A stretch of DNA of 64,000 nt. Origin: Thermodesulfobacteriota bacterium. GTDB taxonomy: Bacteria; Desulfobacterota; Binatia; Bin18. Positions within the stretch are counted from its first letter, which is position 1. Each line of letters begins with the position of its first letter. The stretch is taken from the NCBI GenBank assembly GCA_964291405.2, contig OZ219926.1, positions 32,001 through 96,000 on the forward strand, read 5' to 3'. Both the position numbers and the translations under genes were made by a program. Below the pieces are notes generated by a model, which was not told the DNA's origin, did not search any database, and worked only from the letters and a program-made list of their open reading frames with translations. This document shows, one piece after another, positions 10,120 to 17,703 of this stretch.

Positions 10120-10611
10120 ATGTGTGCAATTGTTGACGCCAACGTAGCTCACGAGGTGTTCGGAGACAGCCCGCCGCCTGCAGCAGAGAAATTCTTTGAG
10201 TGGCTCGAAAGGGGAAGTCGCCGGCTGGTTGTTGGTGGCAAGTTGCTCAAGGAGCTTGAAGATACTTCGCCAGACTTCAGACGCTGGGGGCCGACGGCCC
10301 AACTTTCTGGAAAAATGATAACCGTGGATGAAAGAGAAGTTGAGGCGAAAACACAGCAAATCGAACGTGAGGGTGTAATCAAGTCAGATGACCCTCATGT
10401 TCTTGCCTTGGCCCAAGTCAGTGGAGCCCGGCTATTATATTCTAACGACCAAGACCTCAGCGACGATTTCAGAGATAGAAGGTTCATCGATAGACCGCAA
10501 GGGAAAGTTTATACAACACGCAGAGATAGAAATGCTCCTCCAGCGCAGGATAATACGAGATTCCGTTCTACCCATCGGGAGTTGTTAAAAAGGAATGTCT
10601 GCCCAATCTGA
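10120..10611 (+). CDS. PIN-domain protein (putative RNase effector)
   Basis: AIVDANV, DDPHVLALA and LYSNDQDL match the PIN acidic pattern; starts 20 bp after the ATPase. Confidence 0.75.
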   Translation: MCAIVDANVAHEVFGDSPPPAAEKFFEWLERGSRRLVVGGKLLKELEDTSPDFRRWGPTAQLSGKMITVDEREVEAKTQQIEREGVIKSDDPHVLALAQVSGARLLYSNDQDLSDDFRDRRFIDRPQGKVYTTRRDRNAPPAQDNTRFRSTHRELLKRNVCPI

Positions 10612-10666
10612 TTGATTTCAGTCCAACTCGCCCTGCATCTGTAAATCCTAAGTCAAGGCTTCAAAC

Positions 10667-10839
10667 ACGCTCTGCTGTTCGACCCGCAGACCGCCGGCGG
10701 ACTTTTGGCCAGCATCCCAGCCGAGCAGGCCCAGGCGTGTATCCGGGAGCTTCAGACTCTCGACTATCAGGACGCGGCCCTTATCGGCACCGTACAAGCG
10801 CAGAGCGATGCGCTTGAGCCGATTACGCTGCAAGTATAA
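10667..10839 (+). pseudogene. Duplicated selD 3' end (direct repeat copy 2)
   Basis: Encodes [13 protein letters not shown]...EPITLQV* with no start codon; about 92% identical to 8420-8592. Confidence 0.9.
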
Positions 10840-10890
10840 CCGCCTGTGTTACAATCCGGTCGGACCTGACAAATCACTGGAGGTGTCTGT

Positions 10891-11709
10891 ATGCTTCACG
10901 GTCTCTCGGCGATATTTTTATATTCAGCGCTATCGATATCTTTCGTTTTTGAGGGTGGTAGTACGGAAAAGATGGGAACAGGATTCTTTATCAAGAATGA
11001 ATCCAACTCCTTTTTTGTTACAAATAGGCATGTAATTAGTTGTGGAGAGAAATTGGGGAAAATTCAGCGTATTATCATTGAAGGCAAATCTGGCAGTGGA
11101 GAACCACAGTACAAGGATGACTTTGTTTTTGACGCCCATGAGTGGAACGTAGAATTCCCCGAAAATAACGATGACGACATTGCTGTTCTGTATGGAGTTA
11201 GTGGTCGGCAAGAAGGGCAGCCAGTTCTCATTGACAGGGAAATGCTTGTTACCGAGTCATACTTTGAAGATGAAGGCAACCTAGGCGTGTATGATTATGT
11301 CGCGGTACCTGGGTTTCATCCAGGGTACGATCCTACTACTAATCGACCTCTCTTTCGCGGCGGTAACATATCTAGCGATCCAAGGTACGGTCACTCTTTG
11401 CGCATCAAAACCAGATTCGATAATTGCGAGGAGAACTTCGAGAGCAAGTACTATAAAAACCTAGTTGTCTATGAGACTTTTTCCTATCCCGGATCGTCAG
11501 GAAGTCCGGTGTTTGCACTCCAGAAAGGTATAAAGCCAGGTAAAGGGCTATCTTTTCCCGCATATAGGCCAACGAAACTAATAGGCATTCAGTCTGTGAT
11601 GAGATCTACAAATCTAGGAAAACAGACAGGCTTACACCATAGTGGCCTTTCCTATTTCTTCAAATCCTCCGCAATCCTTGAAATCCTTGACTCAATTCCA
11701 AAGAGATAG
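10891..11709 (+). CDS. Trypsin-like serine peptidase
   Basis: GTGFFI, triad motifs TNRHV / DIAVL / PGSSGSPV; AT-rich DNA; GGAGG RBS. Confidence 0.82.
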   Translation: MLHGLSAIFLYSALSISFVFEGGSTEKMGTGFFIKNESNSFFVTNRHVISCGEKLGKIQRIIIEGKSGSGEPQYKDDFVFDAHEWNVEFPENNDDDIAVLYGVSGRQEGQPVLIDREMLVTESYFEDEGNLGVYDYVAVPGFHPGYDPTTNRPLFRGGNISSDPRYGHSLRIKTRFDNCEENFESKYYKNLVVYETFSYPGSSGSPVFALQKGIKPGKGLSFPAYRPTKLIGIQSVMRSTNLGKQTGLHHSGLSYFFKSSAILEILDSIPKR

Positions 11710-11734
11710 TGCACGTAAGGGTAGGGCTGTCTTC

Positions 11735-11854
11735 TCACCGCTCCAATGCCGTCACAATCTCCCTAAAACGAGCAAGCCCGGACTCCAGGTTTTCAATGAT
11801 TTCGGTTGCCAGTTCATCGGGCTCAGGCAGATTATCGAAGTCGGCCAGACTTTT
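11735..11854 (-). pseudogene. 3' remnant resembling the C-terminus of a type I R-M methyltransferase (HsdM)
   Basis: KSLADFDNLPEPDELATEIIENLESGLARFREIVTALER* resembles the typical HsdM tail; the rest of the gene is absent. Confidence 0.7.
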
Positions 11855-11856
11855 CC

Positions 11857-12648
11857 TTATCGGACGTAGCGTCTGGATCGAGTACTGTTTGGAATGCGGG
11901 GCTGAAGTGCTCGCTGATTCCATATCCGCAAGGCGGAGATACACTTCTCACACTTGCAAGACCATGGATCGTGAAAGGACACTGTCATGATGATGCGATC
12001 CCAGATGAGAAACGCCCAGTAATGCCATTTACCAAAGGCCGCCTCTAAAACGCGAAAACGATAGTCAAAGATACCAGGATATCGGCCGTGCGTTTCATCA
12101 TTAGGAAGTTCTTTCATAGCTAGAAAATGGTCTGGGGGCTGCTCCGTTGGAGAAGTCTCGGTGCATTTGAGTTCGATATCTTCCGGTAGAATAGTGCTGT
12201 GATGGTGGAAATACAGGCCGCGTACGATTTTCCACGCTACTCGCGCTACACGGGTACCATCTTGACGCATTATGACGCGACCTGCTGGGAGATGTAGGCC
12301 GCTGGGCCGGGTTTCAAATTGGCGAAGTATTTTCTTCGCTAATTTCCGTTTCTTCGTACCCTTCCGAGAGTTCTCGAAAAATTGTTTGTATATGGCGTCT
12401 CCTGCCTCTGAGCCTAGTGCAAACGGAACCGTCGTTGCTATGAAATACTCCTCATCAGACGAGTAGAACGCGTTACAGTCTTTGTGAACCGGAATGGTGA
12501 TCAACTGGCTGAGGTTGTGTCGCTTCCTGATTTCTCGGGCGAACAGCGCCCGTGGCGGACAATGGTCATCACTATTATCTGGACGTGACAATGGATGGCC
12601 ACACAAATAGCAGAGTGTGGGATCCTTTTGACGGATTGATTCTTTCAG
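11857..12648 (-). CDS. HNH-like zinc-binding nuclease
   Basis: The frame extends upstream of the called TTG to include CYLCG; then DHCPPRALF and VHKDCN. Possible CTG start at 12648 after AGAGGT (start uncertain). Confidence 0.65.
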   Translation of the reverse strand: MKESIRQKDPTLCYLCGHPLSRPDNSDDHCPPRALFAREIRKRHNLSQLITIPVHKDCNAFYSSDEEYFIATTVPFALGSEAGDAIYKQFFENSRKGTKKRKLAKKILRQFETRPSGLHLPAGRVIMRQDGTRVARVAWKIVRGLYFHHHSTILPEDIELKCTETSPTEQPPDHFLAMKELPNDETHGRYPGIFDYRFRVLEAAFGKWHYWAFLIWDRIIMTVSFHDPWSCKCEKCISALRIWNQRALQPRIPNSTRSRRYVR

Positions 12649-12699
12649 TCTGTTACCTCTTCTGCGCTCTTCGATGGTGTTGACTTGGCAGGCTCTACA

Positions 12700-12741
12700 T
12701 CCCCTCTTGGGAGGGGTGCCGCGTCAGCGGCGGGGTGGGTT
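12700..12741. repeat. Family A palindromic repeat, single unit
   Basis: TCCCCTCTTGGGAGGGGTGCCGCGTCAGCGGCGGGGTGGGTT. Confidence 0.8.
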
Positions 12742-12750
12742 GTCCCCTAT

Positions 12751-13284
12751 TTACGTATAGGCTCTGAGAAAAAAGAAGACGAGCACGCCGGTGACCGAGA
12801 CGTAGAGCCAAATCGGGAAAGTGTAGCGCGCGATCTTCTTGTGGGACTCAAACTGTTTGCGGGCCGCATGGTAGAGCGTGGTGAAGACCAGGGGCAGGGC
12901 GACAATGGACAGCACGATGTGGCTGATCAGGATGAAAAAATACAGCAGCCGAATCGGTCCCTGGCCGGGAAAAGGGGTATCGCCATGAAAATGGTGATAC
13001 ACGATATAACTCACCAGAAAGAGGACTGAGAACACGAGCGCGGCCAGCATACAGCGTATATGCCTGTCCCGGTTGCCGCGCTTGATATTGACAAACCCGC
13101 CGATCAAACAGCAGGCGCACAGCGCGTTAAAACAGGCGTTGGCCGCCGGGAGGTAGGTCACCCACTCTCCCTCTGCCGTGGCCGCCGGCTTATAGTAAAT
13201 CAACCAGATCAAAAATCCGCTCAGGAGCAAGCCGAGGAGCAAAAACCAGGAAAACGGGTTGCGCGTCACGACCGGTGTTGGCAT
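12751..13284 (-). CDS. DUF420 family membrane protein
   Basis: LPAANACFN, HIRCML, FLVSYIVYH, ILISHIVLS, HKKIARYTFPIWLYVSVTG. Confidence 0.85.
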   Translation of the reverse strand: MPTPVVTRNPFSWFLLLGLLLSGFLIWLIYYKPAATAEGEWVTYLPAANACFNALCACCLIGGFVNIKRGNRDRHIRCMLAALVFSVLFLVSYIVYHHFHGDTPFPGQGPIRLLYFFILISHIVLSIVALPLVFTTLYHAARKQFESHKKIARYTFPIWLYVSVTGVLVFFFLRAYT

Positions 13285-13394
13285 GGGCTCGAAGCTAACG
13301 AGGGAAGGGATGGAGATCAAGTCTCCGCGTATCGCGCCCGCCGCACTATTCCGCTAGAATGCCGCACCACCAGAACAAAGCGAAGGAGGACGGT

Positions 13395-14180
13395 ATGCAG
13401 TTTGTCAGTCTGGAAGAAGCCAAGCAGGCATCGGGTCTGCGCCTGACGTTTGTGGCCAATGCGCCGAGCCCGTGGGGAGAAGCGATCAAGGGTATGCTCA
13501 AGACCAAGAATATTCCCTATACCGCCACGCTCTATATGCCCGGTGACCCTGCGGCCAATAAGGGCCTGGTGGAGTGGACGGGCGAAGATAGCGCGCCGTC
13601 CGCCATGTATGAAGACGAAGCGCCCCGGTCCGGCTGGGCGGAGATCCTGCTCCTGCTCGAACGCCTCCAGCCCGAGCCCAGCCTCATTCCGGCTGACCCG
13701 GAGCAACGCGCGCTGATGTTCGGGCTCTCGTATGAAATCTGCGGCGAAATGGGCCTGGGCTGGTCCACTCGTCTCATGATGTGTGATGCCGCCATAGACC
13801 CGAATGTCGACTATCCGATTCCGGCCGAGATGGGCCACTATCTTGGGGCGAAATACGGCTATCGGCCCGGCATCGGCCCGGAGGCGACCAAACGGGTGAC
13901 CGACATACTGACCCTCCTGTCTGCCCGCCTCAAAGCCGAGCAGGCAAAGGGCAACCGCTTCCTCATGGGTGAACACGTCACGGCCCTGGACTTCTACTGG
14001 GCCACGTTTTGCGCTCTGATGAAACCGCTGCCACCCGAGCACTGCAATATCATGGAGGTGTTGCGCGCGGCCTTAGAGTTCCCCAACCCGGCGATTGAAA
14101 AAGCGCTCGACCCCGCCCTGATCGAGCATCGGGACTTTATGTATAACGAGTACCTCGGGCTGCCCATGGTGCTTTCGTAA
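13395..14180 (+). CDS. Glutathione S-transferase-like protein
   Basis: PSPWGEAIKG near the N-terminus, FLMGEHVTALDFYW near the C-terminus; AGGAGG RBS; paralog of 47117-47896. Confidence 0.7.
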   Translation: MQFVSLEEAKQASGLRLTFVANAPSPWGEAIKGMLKTKNIPYTATLYMPGDPAANKGLVEWTGEDSAPSAMYEDEAPRSGWAEILLLLERLQPEPSLIPADPEQRALMFGLSYEICGEMGLGWSTRLMMCDAAIDPNVDYPIPAEMGHYLGAKYGYRPGIGPEATKRVTDILTLLSARLKAEQAKGNRFLMGEHVTALDFYWATFCALMKPLPPEHCNIMEVLRAALEFPNPAIEKALDPALIEHRDFMYNEYLGLPMVLS

Positions 14181-14218
14181 CACGACCGGGAGACACGAGC
14201 GTCTCCCGCTTCATTTCC

Positions 14219-14707
14219 ATGCCCATCCCCGAACGGTATAACCGCGGCTACAACCTTGGCGTTGGCGGCGCGGTCGTGCGTGACAGCCGTCTGCTGCTCG
14301 TGCGCCGGGCCTCACGACGGGGCAGGGGGAACTGGCAGGTGCCGGGTGGCTTTGTCGAGCCGGACGAAACCATTGAGCAGGCCGTTGTCCGTGAGGTCCG
14401 GGAGGAAGCCGGCGTGACCGGAGAGGTGCAGGGCGTCATCGGGCTGCGGAATCGGTGTGATTCCGACATCGGCAACAGCCTGTACATCGTCCTGCTGATG
14501 AAACCGCTGAGCGGTGAGCCGCAACCCGATATGGAAGAGGTTGACCGCGCCGAGTATCTGACCCTGGAGCAGATTGAGCAATTGGAGCAGGTGCCGCCCA
14601 TTAACAGGGAGATCGCCAGCCGCGTGCTCTCCCAGGAAAAATGCCTGCTGGCCCCGCAAGAGCTGATTCATCTGAACGGCAAACCCTACACACTCTTTGT
14701 TGGGTAG
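14219..14707 (+). CDS. NUDIX hydrolase
   Basis: Nudix box GGFVEPDETIEQAVVREVREEAG. Confidence 0.92.
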   Translation: MPIPERYNRGYNLGVGGAVVRDSRLLLVRRASRRGRGNWQVPGGFVEPDETIEQAVVREVREEAGVTGEVQGVIGLRNRCDSDIGNSLYIVLLMKPLSGEPQPDMEEVDRAEYLTLEQIEQLEQVPPINREIASRVLSQEKCLLAPQELIHLNGKPYTLFVG

Positions 14708-14768
14708 TTTCCACGCCTCGATATTGCTCCTATCATATTGGAGAATAGTGAGCTGTAGTCAAAAACGA
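14705..14768 (+). repeat. Imperfect direct repeat, copy 1, flanking the spondin gene
   Basis: TAGTTTCCACGCCTCGATATT (21 bp exact) ... TAGTCAAAAACGA; recurs at 16762-16823. Confidence 0.8.
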
Positions 14769-14787
14769 GTATGCTGGCTCTCTCAAT

Positions 14788-16764
14788 ATGCCCATGAACA
14801 AAAACATACTGCTCGTGATTTTTGCTCTCCTGTTGATTGTGGGGCCGGCCGCCATTGCCCACGCACAATCGGCCACCTATCGGGTGACCTTTGAGGGCAA
14901 ATGGACCACCAGTGTCACCCCTGGCGGAGTACCCGGCGGGGCACATTTCACGACGTTGATCGGTGCCGTGCATAACGACCAGGTCACCTTCTGGCGCAAT
15001 GGGGGCACGGCCAGTGCGGGGATCGAGAGTATGGCGGAGATTGGAGGTACGAGCACTCTCAAGGCCGAAATCAACGCCAGCTCGCACGCGCTCAGCGTTA
15101 TTGAGCGGGGGGGTAATATCGGTGAGACCGCCACCGCCACGGTCAATATCACAGTCACTCCCGATCATCCCCTGGTCACCCTAGTCTCAATGGTGGCTCC
15201 GAGTCCGGACTGGTTCGTGGGTGTCTCCGGCCTGTCATTGCGTGAAAGCAACAACTGGCTGGCGTCGAAGACGGTGGACCTGTTTCCGTACGATGCGGGC
15301 ACCGAGGACGGCACGGAGTTCTCGCTGAGCAACCCCGCCACCGATCCACGGGGGACGATCACCAGCATTAAGGGAACGGGCAAGTTCTCGAACGAGCCGA
15401 TTGCCACACTCACCTTCACCCTTCAGACAACGCCACCTCCGCCACCACCACCACCTCCGCCGCCCCCGCCGCCCCCGCCGCCGCCGAGCACAGGCGGCGG
15501 CGGGGGGAGCAGTCGGGACGACCACGGCAACACACCCGCGCGGGCAACCGCAGTCTCCCTCGATGAGACCGCGCCCTGGAGTTCGTCGACTGCCGGACAG
15601 ATCAACACTAGGCGCGATGTGGATTATTTCACTCTCACCACTCTATATGCCGGGGTGCTAGTCGTCGGGACCATCGGCTCGACCGATACCAAGGGCACGG
15701 TCTGGCAAGATGGTGAAGAACTGGCCATGGCAGACAGTGGAGGCGTGCGGCAGAACTTTCGGCTGCATGTCCGCGTAGAGGCCGGACCGGTGGTGATCGC
15801 CGTGACAGGCAATGGCCGCCGGACCGGGTCCTATACCTTACAGACCACCCTGCTGGCGGGCTATCTGGAGAACCCTGGGCCGGGGTCCTTTCAGAGTGGG
15901 ATTGGGGTGCTGTCAGGCTGGGTGTGTGACGCCGGGGAGATTGAGATCGAAATTGGAGACTCCGAACGACAGGTGGCAGCATATGGCACCGAGCGGGTGG
16001 ACACGGAAGAGACCTGTGGCGATACGAACAACGGCTTTGGGCTGTTATTCAACTGGAACCGGCTGGACGACGGGGAATATACGGTCGTGGCGCGGGTGAA
16101 TGGCGTCGAGTTGGGGAGAGTCACCGTGGATGGGATTGAGTTAGGTCAAGCCACGGTGACCGTGACGACTTTGGGCACAGAGTTCTTAAAGGACGTAGCG
16201 GGCGAGTGTATGGTGGAGAACTTCCCGATGGACGGAGAGATGGTCCGGCTGGTGTGGCAGCAGACGAACCAGAACTTCATGATAGCGGGTGAGAGTGCGC
16301 CGAGTGGGGAGAATTGGGCGGGGATGCCAGGTATCGGGTATCTGGAGAACCCCGGCCCCAATTCCTTTCAGAGTGGTCTTGGGGTGATCTCGGGCTGGGT
16401 CTGTGAGGCCGAGACGGTCGAGATCGAGCTGGGGAACCTCGGGCGACAGGTGGCGGCGTATGGAACCGAGCGGGTGGACACGGAAGCAACCTGTGGCGAT
16501 ACGGACAATGGCTTTGGGTTGTTGTTCAACTGGAACCGGTTGGGGACTGGGGAACACACGGTTGTGGCTTGGGTGGATGAGGTGGAATTGGGCCGGGCTA
16601 CGGTGCTGGTGACTACACTGGGGGAAGGGGTGGAGGAAGAGTTTCTGCGGGAGGCTGAGGGGGAATGTGTGATAGAGGAGTTCCCGACTGCTGGGGAAAT
16701 GGTCACGCTGGAGTGGCAGCAAGGGCTGCAAAATTTTGTGATTATCTCGTACGACTCTGAATAG
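14788..16764 (+). CDS. Secreted Spondin_N-domain protein with poly-Pro linker, DDHGN/PPC-like domain and duplicated C-terminal LENP...GFGLLFNWN module
   Basis: Signal peptide (AHA-Q); spondin motifs MAEIG, SMVAPSPDWFVG, PYDAGT; poly-Pro at about 15433-15486; two C-terminal repeats from about 15859 and 16336. Confidence 0.85.
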   Translation: MPMNKNILLVIFALLLIVGPAAIAHAQSATYRVTFEGKWTTSVTPGGVPGGAHFTTLIGAVHNDQVTFWRNGGTASAGIESMAEIGGTSTLKAEINASSHALSVIERGGNIGETATATVNITVTPDHPLVTLVSMVAPSPDWFVGVSGLSLRESNNWLASKTVDLFPYDAGTEDGTEFSLSNPATDPRGTITSIKGTGKFSNEPIATLTFTLQTTPPPPPPPPPPPPPPPPPPSTGGGGGSSRDDHGNTPARATAVSLDETAPWSSSTAGQINTRRDVDYFTLTTLYAGVLVVGTIGSTDTKGTVWQDGEELAMADSGGVRQNFRLHVRVEAGPVVIAVTGNGRRTGSYTLQTTLLAGYLENPGPGSFQSGIGVLSGWVCDAGEIEIEIGDSERQVAAYGTERVDTEETCGDTNNGFGLLFNWNRLDDGEYTVVARVNGVELGRVTVDGIELGQATVTVTTLGTEFLKDVAGECMVENFPMDGEMVRLVWQQTNQNFMIAGESAPSGENWAGMPGIGYLENPGPNSFQSGLGVISGWVCEAETVEIELGNLGRQVAAYGTERVDTEATCGDTDNGFGLLFNWNRLGTGEHTVVAWVDEVELGRATVLVTTLGEGVEEEFLREAEGECVIEEFPTAGEMVTLEWQQGLQNFVIISYDSE

Positions 16765-16823
16765 TTTCCACGCCTCGATATTTTTCTGATTACATTAAAA
16801 ATGATGAGTATAGTCAAAAACGA
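16762..16823 (+). repeat. Imperfect direct repeat, copy 2
   Basis: Matches 14705-14768; both copies start at the TAG of the preceding gene. Confidence 0.8.
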
Positions 16824-16884
16824 ACATTCCGGGCTGTAGGAGCCGCCGAGCTTATGCTAACCCTAATGGCAAAAGGGGAAATCT

Positions 16885-17703
16885 GTGAGCATGACTCCGC
16901 AACAAGAAAGGCTTGAACTGCGTGGAGATGGCGCGGCGCAGGACGTCCTTCAATTGTGCTACCATCGGGCTGGCCAGGGTCTGCCGCTGGTATGGCTCCA
17001 CTGGCTGTGGGGCGAGCCGGGCTGGATGGACTACCACCAACGGTTAGCCGAACGTTTTCAGGTGTTTGTTCCCGACCTGCCGGGCTATGGGCAATCCACA
17101 TTGCCGGAGTGGGCGAAGACGCCGCATGACTTAGCGGTGTTGCTGCTGCAATTCTTTGATGCGCTGTCGCTCAAACGGCCGATTGTCGTCGGCTCGTGCC
17201 TCGGTGGATGGGTCGGGGCCGAACTCGCCCTGCTCAGACCGGAGCGAATTGCCCAGTTGGTTTTGATTAGCCCGCTCGGCTTAGTGCAGGACTGGACCAA
17301 GGTCCCCAATCTCTTCTATACGGACCCGGCCCGCCTGCCGCAGTATCTTTTTCCGGACGCAGCTCTGGAGAAGGCTTCACTGTATGTTCCAGACCTGAGT
17401 AACTGGACCGACGCATTCATCAACAACCGAAACGCGAGTATCCGACTGGTGTTTGACCCCTACCTCCACAGTCGCAGCCTCCGCCATCACTTGCATCTTT
17501 TGACTACCCCAACGCTTGTCGTCTGGGGCGAGCAGGACCCCCTCTTGGCACCAGCGCACGCCGCGCTGTGGACCGCGTCGCTACCGCAGGCTCACAGCGT
17601 GATGATTCCGGGGGCGGGACATCTCCCGTATGTGGAGGATTGCGAGGCCGTTATCCAGGCTATTCGCACCTTCATTCCGACACATGAGAGGGGAGGAGCA
17701 TGA
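16885..17703 (+). CDS. Alpha/beta-fold hydrolase
   Basis: PDLPGYGQS, nucleophile elbow GSCLGG, WGEQD, AGHLP; ATGA-coupled to the following LLM. Confidence 0.85.
   Translation: MSMTPQQERLELRGDGAAQDVLQLCYHRAGQGLPLVWLHWLWGEPGWMDYHQRLAERFQVFVPDLPGYGQSTLPEWAKTPHDLAVLLLQFFDALSLKRPIVVGSCLGGWVGAELALLRPERIAQLVLISPLGLVQDWTKVPNLFYTDPARLPQYLFPDAALEKASLYVPDLSNWTDAFINNRNASIRLVFDPYLHSRSLRHHLHLLTTPTLVVWGEQDPLLAPAHAALWTASLPQAHSVMIPGAGHLPYVEDCEAVIQAIRTFIPTHERGGA

Noticed and set aside
15859-16764. Duplicated C-terminal repeats as DGR template/variable repeats
   Set aside because: Both copies are in-frame coding, differences are not adenine-specific, and no reverse transcriptase is present
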